From contig NW_025766969.1 of NCBI RefSeq assembly GCF_003918875.1, forward strand, positions 2,542,001-2,606,000: a DNA stretch of 64,000 nucleotides. Direction: 5' to 3'. Under the pieces are notes generated by a model. It did no database searches and was not told the origin of the DNA. It was given only the letters and a program-made list of their open reading frames with translations. Every line of letters starts with the position of its first letter. Position 1 is the first letter of the stretch. The translations under genes were made by a program, and so were the position numbers. This DNA comes from Haliotis rubra. Taxonomy: Eukaryota. Positions 53,996 through 64,000 of this stretch are shown here, piece by piece.

Positions 53996-54798
53996 CTGAC
54001 CCTCTTGTGTCGGCAGTGTAAAGAGAACACGACCTACATACATGTGCAAGCGGATACACATCTCGATGGTGTGACTTAACAGCAGCTTAACTGCCTATTT
54101 CACACTCAACTGACACTGCACCAGACGAAGTATTCATAAAATCTCAGAATTTGGCCGCATTCGTGTGAATGAATACAAGGTCAACTTGTACTTTAGCAAA
54201 GTGTTTTAAGGTAATACTATCCATACTTCTGCTGGTCGGAGTTTTGCCAGATGGCTGGAATACTGCCGATTCGACGTAAAACTCAACTCAACTAGTATGC
54301 ATAAACATCACAAATACAAATATGTTTGTGTTTTTGAACACATGTTACTTTACATATATTGTTTAATCTATCTAGTTTTTATGTGTGGACTTGCTCAGTT
54401 AGACACAAATTAACTGCGAGTTAATCGACATACATGTAGGAAGATTTATAAAAATAATATCTCTTTATGTAGGTTAAACCAGCATCACCACGAATGGCAA
54501 TGCGAAGCTTTCCTGTTTTCAGTTACAACTGCAACTTGAAAGCACTTCATGGAATCAGAACTAAATTAGAATACAAAGGTTTGCCAGATGTTACCATTTG
54601 TTGAGTACTGAGAAACACTAGTACTATTTTGTTGCTTGCTAACATAAATTTAATTATGAAACATTGTACGTCCTCTCAGGGGTGACATGGAGCACACGCA
54701 TTCTGAAACACTAAGAAAAGTCGTCGGAACAATATATGATGTAGGCATTTAGCTGGAACAGTCGCTCGCACACTTTATAGTCTGTCGTGAGCAGTTTA

Positions 54799-54960
54799 GG
54801 GGTGGTGGGGTAGCCTAGTGCTTAAAGCGTTCGCTCGTCACGCCGAAGGCCGGGTCGTTTCCCCACATGGATACAACGTGTGAAGCCCATTTCTGGTGTC
54901 CCACACAATGATATTGCTGGAATATTGCTAAAATCGGTGTAAAACCATTCTCACTCACTC
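54799..54960 (+). mobile_element. Family A tRNA-SINE
   Basis: TAGCCTAGTG..GTCACGCCGAAGGCC head, shared tail, (ACTC)n. Confidence 0.88.
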
Positions 54961-55569
54961 GTGGACAGTTTCTTGAAACTGTGAAGTAGGATCTGCGAGT
55001 ACAGCCATCACGATGCACAATTGCACATCGACTATGTCATGACGTTATACATGTATATGGCGTTTGTAACGAAACGTAAGAGGGAGGTGGGGTGAACTGA
55101 AGGTTAAAAACATTATTTGATTTATGTAGCGAAGTGCGTGCACATGCATGTGTGTGTGTGTGTGTGTATACGCTCGCGTGTGCGTGCGTGCGTATGTGGG
55201 GGTTAGAATCAACATCCACAAGGTCTGTTACCATAACATCCCGTCCTGCCAAATTGGATACATCTACACCCACACCAGATTCAACATTTGCACCTCTTAC
55301 ATCAGCAAATTGGCTTCCATGGCCTGACACGTGTACATGTCTAATGGCGTCTGGCCATGTGTTCTTGTGGGCGATTGCTTTGGGCATCTTCTGTATCTCT
55401 TAACAACCTTGCAGGAACTGCGGTTTATCCTTCCATATATATGGAATTCTATTTCCAAGGCCATTGTCAAAGTTTGGTTTCGTCAGTGAGGCGAAATCGT
55501 CATCTGTGCATCCGTGCATCCATGCACGATGGGGATACACTTGTCTGGTGTGAACCTACTCTGAACTCA

Positions 55570-55731
55570 GGGCTGGTGGGGGAGCCTAGTGATTGAAGCC
55601 TTCGCTCGTCACGCAGAAGACCCGGGTTCGATTCCCAACATGGGTACAATGTGTGAAGCCCGTTTCTGGTGTCCACCGCCGTGATATTGCTGGAATATTG
55701 CTAAAATCGGCGTAAAACCCAACTCACTCAC
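55570..55731 (+). mobile_element. Family A tRNA-SINE
   Basis: Intact B-box GGTTCGATTCC; flanking direct repeat actctgaa. Confidence 0.9.
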
Positions 55732-56056
55732 CACTCTGAAATCCTGTTTGTGACAAAGGGGTCGTCGTGTGGTCTGTCTAGACACTGTTCTGCCTGTGAT
55801 TTAATTCCATCGATAGAAGTACACTTTTTGCCGATTCTGTTTGTTGTTTTGTAACTTTGTATTGAAGTTAATGAAGGATAAGCTTGTTAAAAATAAACAG
55901 CCCAATTTCATGTTCGTTATCATTTAGATAGTATGATCATTGTGACGCTGCCATGAACATTGGTGGGTTTCTGGCTGGGTTCATATTGTGGCCCGCTTTT
56001 GTTTTTACAAGGCTTTAAACTACCTTCCGGTTATATCATAGCGTCGGTTGGACGTG

Positions 56057-56194
56057 GAGTGAGTGAGTGAGTATGGTTTTACGCCGCTTTTAGCAATATT
56101 CCAACAATATCACGGCGGGGGACACCAGAATTTGGCTTCACACATTGTACCCATGTGGGGAATCAAATCCGGGCTTTCGGCGTGACGAGCGAAT
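56057..56194 (-). mobile_element. Family A tRNA-SINE, 5'-truncated
   Basis: Reverse complement of family A with a (GAGT)n tail. Confidence 0.88.
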
Positions 56195-56587
56195 CGAATC
56201 CATGGACATCAGTAAATAGATCAGTTGCAGTTGTTTATTTATTATTTTTTTCCGTGATAGTCCGTGATAGCATGGGATCATTTTCGCTAGTATATGCCAC
56301 TAAAATAGAAAGATACTTAATTCTCCTGATGGAATATAGCTGAATGTTACCTCTCACGCGTAAACCTGCTCAAGTACTATATTATAGTAGTGTCAGCTCC
56401 GCAAGCTGTGGTAGCACTAAGATGATCGTAATGCCCATGTTTACACTGGTTTAAGTCTGTCGTTGCGCAGGGATGTCCTAGTGGAACGCGGTCCTGTTCC
56501 GTAAGGTGCTGTCTCTCTCATGTTACAAAATGCTTATTATACTGTGTGAATAAGAACCGCCCTCTTGGTGCACTTACAGGACAGAAT

Positions 56588-56815
56588 ACCCGTGTAGTTC
56601 CGGGTTTGAATTGGTCTTCAGCAACCCACGCTTGTCGTAAGAGGTGACTAACGGGATCAGGTGGTCAGGCTCGCTGACATGGTTGACACATGCCATCGTA
56701 TCCCAACTGTGTAGATCGATGCTCGTACTGTTGATCACTGGGTTGTCTGGTCCAGAATTGATTATCTACAGACCGCCGCCATATAGCTGGAATATTGTGG
56801 CGTTAAACAACAAAT
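56588..56815 (+). mobile_element. Family B SINE, full length
   Basis: Full head and tail; flanking direct repeat caggacaga at 56577-56585 and 56824-56832. Confidence 0.88.
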
Positions 56816-56904
56816 AGAGCTTTCAGGACAGATGACAGTTTCATCATAAACCAATCTTCTTCTTGTCTTTTTGTCACAGAATTTCATATATGTGTTTCAC
56901 AAAG

Positions 56905-57038
56905 TGAGTGAGGGAGTTTAGTTTTACGCCTCACTCAGCAATATTCCAGCTATATCGCGGCGGTCTGTAAATAATCGAGTCTGGACCAGACAATCTAGTG
57001 ATCAACAGCATGAGCATCGATCTGCACAATTGGGAACC
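56905..57038 (-). mobile_element. Family B SINE, 5'-truncated
   Basis: 13-bp TSD gtgtttcacaaag at 56892-56904 and 57039-57051. Confidence 0.9.
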
Positions 57039-57169
57039 GTGTTTCACAAAGCAACACGTAGTAAATCTGTTGTTCTGGATATACACGACAGTGGAAAGGT
57101 TGATACACGCTACTGAAAATTGCCCTACAACCAGCTGGAATAGGGTAGTCGAGCATGGCGTACGATCAG

Positions 57170-57287
57170 GCGAGCTATTCTCGAAACGTTCGTAGCCCTA
57201 CGAACTTCTTAAGCCCATTCTTAACACATTGGCTACGATCAAAGTTAAGAATTCTTAGGGCTACGAACTTTTCGAGAATAAGGACCC
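57170..57287. mobile_element. Palindromic MITE (PIF/Harbinger-like)
   Basis: Long inverted arms tattctcgaaacgttcgtagcccta / tagggctacgaacttttcgagaata; an inverted second copy lies at 58864-58981. Confidence 0.8.
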
Positions 57288-57475
57288 AAGTTGCCTCCAT
57301 TTTCTGCTTTGACAACCGCCAATGTATACTAAGCCCTTGTGCAACATTGTAGGTACATCGATGACTGTGTCAGATGTCCTGTGATGTGTATTACTTAAAT
57401 ATTGCTATCAGCAGCATCAGACTCCTCTTCTGGAATATGTGAGGTGTGCACGACCATTTTCGAAATAGTTAGTAA

Positions 57476-57999
57476 AGGCACAATATCACAAATTTTCGAC
57501 AATATTTCGGCCTATATTTATACATCGGGGCATATGAAGTCCTATTTAGCTTCCTACTGAAGATTTATTATCCCTTACAACTAGCATGAAATCGATAATT
57601 GAAACTTTGAGGCGAACAGCTTCGAAACAGATAACACTTGACATATATGGAATGTAAACAATTGCTCCGTACATCGAAAACTGTCGCAAGCGGTGTTGTC
57701 GGTGTTTGCCGAACTGGCCTCAATCACAAGTTGCGTTGTAGGATATTCGTAACGACCGCTCCAAGGGACATAACTCTATGGGGTACGCTTGAAATAATGT
57801 TCGGCCGGTAGAGGGAGCGAGAGTCGATTTAATGCAAGGTCCCATTAGTTCCTTTGAACTTTATAAGTTAATATTGTAATCTAAATACGTAATATTTTTC
57901 GAATAAATTATATGGTAGCTTCCCTGAGGGCTGACAGTTAATATAATTGAGAGAAATGCACTATGTATTTTTAGAGAAATGTGGTGTGACATTGTGCCT
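57476..57999. mobile_element. Non-autonomous Kolobok-type DNA transposon
   Basis: 15-bp TIRs AGGCACAAT(A/G)TCACA (14/15 match) flanked by GTAA and TTAA. TTAA target plus RR termini is the Kolobok signature. Confidence 0.75.
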
Positions 58000-58758
58000 T
58001 TAATGTATTGAAGAAATATGACCCTACAGTTAGGCACTTCTGCGAAGCATCTTCATTTGATGTGCCAGAGTTGCATACCTTAGGTGAGTCAGGACATTCA
58101 TGTCATGAGGTTTGAATAAAAGAAATAACCTGCTTCAGCCCTGGGTCTGATGGTCTGAGAACTATGTTGGCTTCTTGTTTCATACAAGATATACAATGAA
58201 TGTTGGTGTATTAATATACTGAACAGAAAAGTAATTAATCATGAATATTTTGGGAGATACCATTTCATTAAAATATACTATAAAATATACATGATCACTA
58301 ACTTATTTTCTTGAGTAATGAATAAAAGACAATAAAGAAAGAACACAATTCATGTAAGATATTAAATGTACAATTTATTTTGATTATATTTACAGTGCAT
58401 TTCATGTGCTTCATGTTTCATAAACATTGTATTCAATGTACAGCACAACACAACGTTTCACATGTTGAAAATATGCTAATGAATAACCCACTTTCATCTG
58501 ATAAAATGCCACATTGTCAAATCAGTTAAAAACAAAATTATTGTGTATTTACCATCTATGCATTTCCAGCTGCCTTTGAAACAAACAAAAGGAAGATCTG
58601 TTTCATCTATTTGATCTTCTGTTCATGAATTTTCCCGGTTTTGCAATATTTTTCTGATTCAACATGATGACTGAAGACATACTGATTGAAGACAAAACCA
58701 TTTGATATTAACATCCCATTACAATGGTCTCTGACAATCCCATTTGAATGAAAACACC

Positions 58759-58981
58759 GGGCCCGTTTCACAAAGCTATTGTAGTGCTACGTCGTAAGTC
58801 TATGTTAAAGTATGGGAGTTACCATCATCTCAGCGCTACGATTGCTTTGTGAAACGGGGCCCAGGGCCCTAATTCTCGAAATGTTCGTAGCCCTAAGAAT
58901 TCTTAACTTTGATCGTAGCCAATGTGTTAAGAATGGGCTTAAGAAGTTCGTAGGGCTACAAACGTTTCGAGAATAGCTAGC
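58759..58981. mobile_element. Two abutting Harbinger-like MITEs
   Basis: First: GGGCCCGTTTCACAAAGC...GCTTTGTGAAACGGGGCCC. Second: reverse complement of 57170-57287. They are joined through CAG and followed by CAG. Confidence 0.75.
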
Positions 58982-59630
58982 CAGGTTCTTAACCCATATG
59001 ACACATCATTAATGTTCCAATACTGCAAAAAATTCCTGGAAGAACAATTTGAGTTGAGAATAATTATCATATATGTTGTTGAGATCCTTGAATGAATGAC
59101 TGGTGTTCATTCATTTCAGAGTGTGCATATTCATTGCTTTTATTCCACACAGGTCGTATTGTTTCCAGAGAGGTGCTATTTCAATTTTCAAGTTTCTTTG
59201 CCCATGTGTCCAGAAAACTGACTTTGGATTTCTTAACCTGTGAAGTCTACATCAGATGTTGATTCAAGGAATCATGGCATTAATAACACATGTCAAACAA
59301 TGTGACAAGAAATATCCTGATATCAATACTGAGAGCTTTACAACTTTACAGCCTTCCAAGACCAACTCACAAAAATCCCTGAAATAAGAACAAATATTTC
59401 ACAATGTTTCACAAAATATGTTTGAATAACAGTTGGATGCAGTGAACAAAAAACCCAAGGATATTTCACCAATGTCCTTACAAACTGTGAGTAGTAAGTA
59501 TAGAAAACGCTATTCTAACAAAACAAACCCAGTCATTTCCCCCCCCTGAAAATTGCCATGTTAAAATGTAACTTCTTTGTGAGTTTAGAAGTTGGAGCAA
59601 TTATCATGCAAGTGATAACAGTGTTAGATC

Positions 59631-59992
59631 TAGGGCTGGGCTGGGTACCTGGATACCCCGGATGGGTGGGTAATGAGTTGGACCTGTGTACCTGTCTCAA
59701 TCCCCGGACCGTTACGGTCTTGTTACTAATACATTAAACAATGTAATATTTCATGATTAAAAAGTTGTATTGTCTTTGAAGATTTAGACATAATTTACAG
59801 TCACTTCTTTTGAATGTAATACATGGTTAGGATATTGAAAAACTCGAAATTTTACCCACCAAGCTGAAGAATATATTGCCATTTCTTATAAATTTGATGT
59901 CAGGAATTAACATAACGGGTATCCAGGTAGGGTAGGGTAAGATAATAGGGGTGGGGTACCCGGGTAGAAAATTTGGATCTGTCCCAGCCCTA
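59631..59992. mobile_element. hAT-family MITE
   Basis: TIRs TAGGGCTGGG...CCCAGCCCTA; 8-bp near-TSD gttagatc/gtcagatc; subterminal GGGTA/TACCC repeats. Confidence 0.85.
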
Positions 59993-61636
59993 GTCAGATC
60001 CTACTCCAAAACGTCCCTCTCACTGTAATAAAGAAGTTGTTCACCCATATATTGTCATCCTTCCTTATGTTAAAATGAGTCAATTTTCATTAATTCATTA
60101 GAAGCAGTACTACTACCCTCAAAACTGTGGTCTTGAAGACTTTTCTCGCCTACCTACATTGATATTAGTCCAGTTAATAACAACAGGCCCAATAATACAT
60201 CGACTATGTTTACCGTCATCACATTTCATGTGGCAACAGCAAACAGATTGACTTGTGACTGAATACATCTACAAAGTGAACTAGCCATCTTTGGTATTTG
60301 AAAGTGGAAATTTTAAATCCACATGTTCCATATCTTAAAACCTTAAATACAACTAAAAAGAAAACAAAACTAGGTCTAAAAGGCTAAAATTGACAAAAAA
60401 CAATTCAAATAAAAAATGATGATGTTCACAAATTAAATTTGAAAATGTAACTGAAATGTTACTAACATAGCAAATCAAAGTTTATCTCTAACAAAGCTTT
60501 CATTTTGATTACGGGATTGATTAGGAACAATTCTACTATTCTCCAACAAACTACTTTTTACTGAGCACCAAATTATCTATTGATGTTCAATAATAACATA
60601 AAAATGATTTTCCACTAAGAAACTGCTAATTGTTTCACCACTGCTACCAAACCATTCAGCATATTTTAATGACAAACTACACATTCCTCTCCCACAGAAA
60701 TCAAATGGATGTTCCCAACACCGTTCAAACTATCACGCTCAGGATTCACACAACTGGCTTCCATTATCAATAACAGACATATATTGACACTTTGAATCAA
60801 GTATACACTACACAACAGTGTCAATGATATTTTATTCAATATATATATAGAATGCATGCACACATATATAATTTAAGATCATATATATCTTAAGAATGCA
60901 TGCATGCATATATACCTATCTATTATTTAAGATCATCATAAAACGGAATTGAATGACAACTTCTAAACACTGACATATTCCAGTATATGGGAACTATGAC
61001 ATCCACAATACATGTAGGTGCTACATTTTACTGAATATGAATATGAACAGTTTTGACAACATAATCTGAAGTGTTCCCAGAGGTGGTGGTTTAGCCCATT
61101 TGATAAAGTGCTTGTGCAGATAAACCTACTTCAGTCCCTCAGTTTGCTGATGTGACAGGTTACATCATAAGCTGTATTTCCTATGAAATATATTTCTTCT
61201 TCGGTCCATGTTAATCGTCACATTTTTCTTATTGGACAATACACTGTTTTAGCAAAACATTGTCTATGAGGAAAGAGAAGCCATGTTGAAGGGAGACTAC
61301 TCTTGGTGACTTATTACTGAGCCCGAGCTGGGAAGTCATGTAACTGTTTTCTACCACTTTGAAGATGCATATTCAATAACAACTATTTTTACAGCTGAAC
61401 ATACATTGAAGTTCAAACAAAAAATTAACATGCTTGCAACCACAGTTTAGATATATGATCAATAAAGTTCTGACACTAAATTTTTATGGTTAATGGTTAT
61501 AATCAGGCATTTTAAAATGGAAACAATTGTCCTCAATGTGTAGGTATTCAATTTGATTGTAAACATCTGAACGTTAATTTCCTTTAAGGTAGGGGAATGC
61601 TTTATACCATAATACGTTTACCACAGATGGTGGCAG

Positions 61637-61760
61637 GGTGAGTGAGTGAGTTGGGTTTGAAGCTGCCTTGAACATCAAATCCCAGCATGTCTGCCTAATG
61701 TGGGAAGAGACCCAGAAGTGATGGAGGTCTCACACATTCACCACTTTGGTGAAATCCATG
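61637..61760 (-). mobile_element. Old family A SINE remnant
   Basis: (GAGT)n tail, then a diverged body (cccagaa...cacacatt). Confidence 0.5.
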
Positions 61761-62548
61761 AGTGCCAGTATGGTGGTGACAAAATTTGAAACATAATCAA
61801 GGCAAACCAGAAATAGAAACCATTGGATCAAAGAACACAACTGCACACGAAACTGTAGTGCCAAGGACAACTGAGCCACTCACCCCTTGACACCCTCATC
61901 AGATACCTTCCCCACTGTCTCATCTCTAGAAGTGACAGTAAAACATCTGATTCATGTCTTGAACTTCCTGAAAACAACATTTTGTTGTCCAAACAATCTG
62001 GATTTCATAAACAAATTCACATAAAAACATTTTGAGACAACCTGGATATGAAGGTGTAAATGGCAAGTAGGTACTAAGATGACATCCTTTGTTACAACTG
62101 TAACACATATAGATAATGAGGCTGTCATGAAGCATTTGCCTCATGTTACATGGAAGTATTGTGTTACAAAGAAGCTGATCTGGTCATGAGTCAAAATGGT
62201 TTGAATGTCAGTGATGGTGCTGCCAATATTGATGCCAATGTTTGGTCTTAGAAGAATGCTCATAGATATTATGGACTGATTGGTTTAGAAGCTAGACAGG
62301 GTGCACTGACAGGGTACTTGATACAGTGAATAGTGCAGCAAACACTAATATAGTTTTAGTTGCATTTGCAACCAAATCTGTACACACGTACAAAACAAAT
62401 ATTTTACTCTATATACAATGATGTACATAGTTGAATATGATTGAAATGACTATGTCAAAGTTAATATCTATATCATAAAGGTAGTCATCAAGCTGTCATC
62501 CCAGTCACTGCTTAATCCAAGAACAGTAACTCTGGAAATTAACAATAG

Positions 62549-62637
62549 CATCACTGGATTGTCTGGTCAAGACTTGATTGTTTGCAGGTCAAGTCTTTAG
62601 CAGGATTACTGCTGGGTTGCATCAGGGCAACAAACAA
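62549..62637 (+). mobile_element. Old family B SINE remnant
   Basis: tcactggattgtctggtcaagacttgatt matches the B body. Confidence 0.65.
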
Positions 62638-62939
62638 TTATATTAATTTTCAACTTAATACTACACAACTCCTAGTCCACGGCAGTAAAATCTTTGCTAA
62701 GATAGAACTTGTGATGGACACTTGACTTGCTTGAATGAATGATACATGAAACTATTTGTTTGGTTTCTCCAGTAGTAAATACTATTTTTTTACATATAAA
62801 TTCTGTGACTGACACTTGACTTGCTTGATTGTTAGAAAATATTTTTCATTTGGATTACGCACGTTGCTCACACCTTTCATTCATATCGGATTCTACGGGA
62901 ACACGCATGACTCCGTTATGAGCATGGCTCAGTTATATC

Positions 62940-63465
62940 ACATATGACCCAGTGAGATCAGATATGATCCTGATTCTGTTAGAACATGTATGACTTGGAT
63001 CACATATGATATAACTGAATCATATCATCTCATTTGGATCATATATGACTCATTGTGATCATATTGGTAACTTGGATCATCCATGACTCAATTGGATCAT
63101 ATAAGAACATATTAGATCATGTGTGACCCAATTAGATCATATTGACTTAACAGGATTATATATGACTCACTTGGATCATATGACTCACTTGGATCATGCA
63201 TGACTCAATTAGATCATATAAGAACATATTAGATCATGTATGACCCAATTAGATCAAATGTGATCCAATTAGATCATATTGACTTAACTGGATTATATAT
63301 GACTCACCCGGATCATGCATGACTCAATTAGATCATGTATGACCCAATTAGATCAATTGTGATCCAATTAGATCATATTGATTTAATTGGATTATATATG
63401 ACTCACTTGGATCATGCATGACTTAGATCACAAATAAATCATGTATGACCAAAACAGATTACATA
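62940..63465. repeat. Degenerate ~20-bp tandem repeat (gatcatatatgactcaatta-like)
   Basis: Recurring gatcat/tgact motifs. Confidence 0.8.
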
Positions 63466-63638
63466 TGCATTCTTTACATCACATAGCACTCAATTACATC
63501 ACACACAACTAGCCTGGATCACAATATGATCCAAGCCAGTTCCAGCAACGGACACAGGCATACATCCCTATGGTGAGGACAATCACACGTTCTTTAGGCA
63601 CAGGATGGGCTTGCATATCTTGGAAGCAGGGTTTGCAT

Positions 63639-63788
63639 TCATGACTTCCCTGGAAGTACGACCATGCACTGTATTGTGCCCACCCAGCCATTCCCTGGTT
63701 GAAGCTCTTCCCATGTGTACTCCTCTTCTGACGTCCGATTCAACAACACACGGGTGTCACTGTTGTAGTCACAGGATACTTCAGGGAT
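63639..63788 (-). CDS. Possible last coding exon of an unidentified convergent gene (IPEVSCDYNSDTRVLLNRTSEEEYTWEELQPGNGWVGTIQCMVVLPGKS*)
   Basis: Strong minus-strand acceptor cctgttttctcttccttcag|, 49 open codons to TGA, GC-richer than its flanks. No homology recognised. Confidence 0.25.
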   Translation of the reverse strand: MPEVSCDYNSDTRVLLNRTSEEEYTWEELQPGNGWVGTIQCMVVLPGKS

Positions 63789-64000
63789 CTGAAGGAAGAG
63801 AAAACAGGCACGATTGAGGGAGTTTGTTTTGTCTCTACCTTGGGTAGTATTTCATCACAACCTGTCGATGTGAGAGGTGAAGCAGAAATGTAAACACTGG
63901 TGAAACCCTGGGTGTGGCGCTTAGAAACCTGGAAACATAACCAAGGTTAAACCACTATCATGACGTCATGCAGTGGCTGTTACAGTTTCTACTTTAGTTT

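Noticed and set aside
55570-55645. tRNA-Asp-like gene
   Set aside because: No proper acceptor stem or oligo-T terminator. It continues into a SINE body and tail and occurs in many diverged copies.

Overview
Eukaryotic, AT-rich animal genomic DNA, probably gastropod mollusc; the repeat families look abalone-like, which is an inference I could not verify. One gene is clearly identifiable: a + strand Shaw/Kv3 (KCNC-family) voltage-gated K+ channel. Its T1-domain exon (17325-17834) most likely ends in a non-canonical GC donor. A large S1-S6 exon (27760-28684) follows. After that comes a chain of predicted frame-preserving phase-1 exons, three of them 30-42 nt microexons, that builds the cytoplasmic C-tail and ends at 43158 (686 aa if all are included). 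Several candidate alternative last exons and dense (T)GCATG Rbfox-type motif clusters lie between these exons. The rest of the window is intron/intergenic DNA. It holds two SINE-like families sharing a 3' tail (many with target-site duplications, three nested inside other SINEs), hAT-, Kolobok-, Harbinger- and pogo-type non-autonomous DNA transposons, a decayed LINE reverse-transcriptase fragment, and several minisatellites, including a 4 kb 39-bp array with a ~970-bp higher-order repeat. From ~58 kb the DNA looks CpG-poor and may be the 3' end of a convergent - strand gene. All exon calls after 28684 come from splice signals and reading frame only, with no transcript data.
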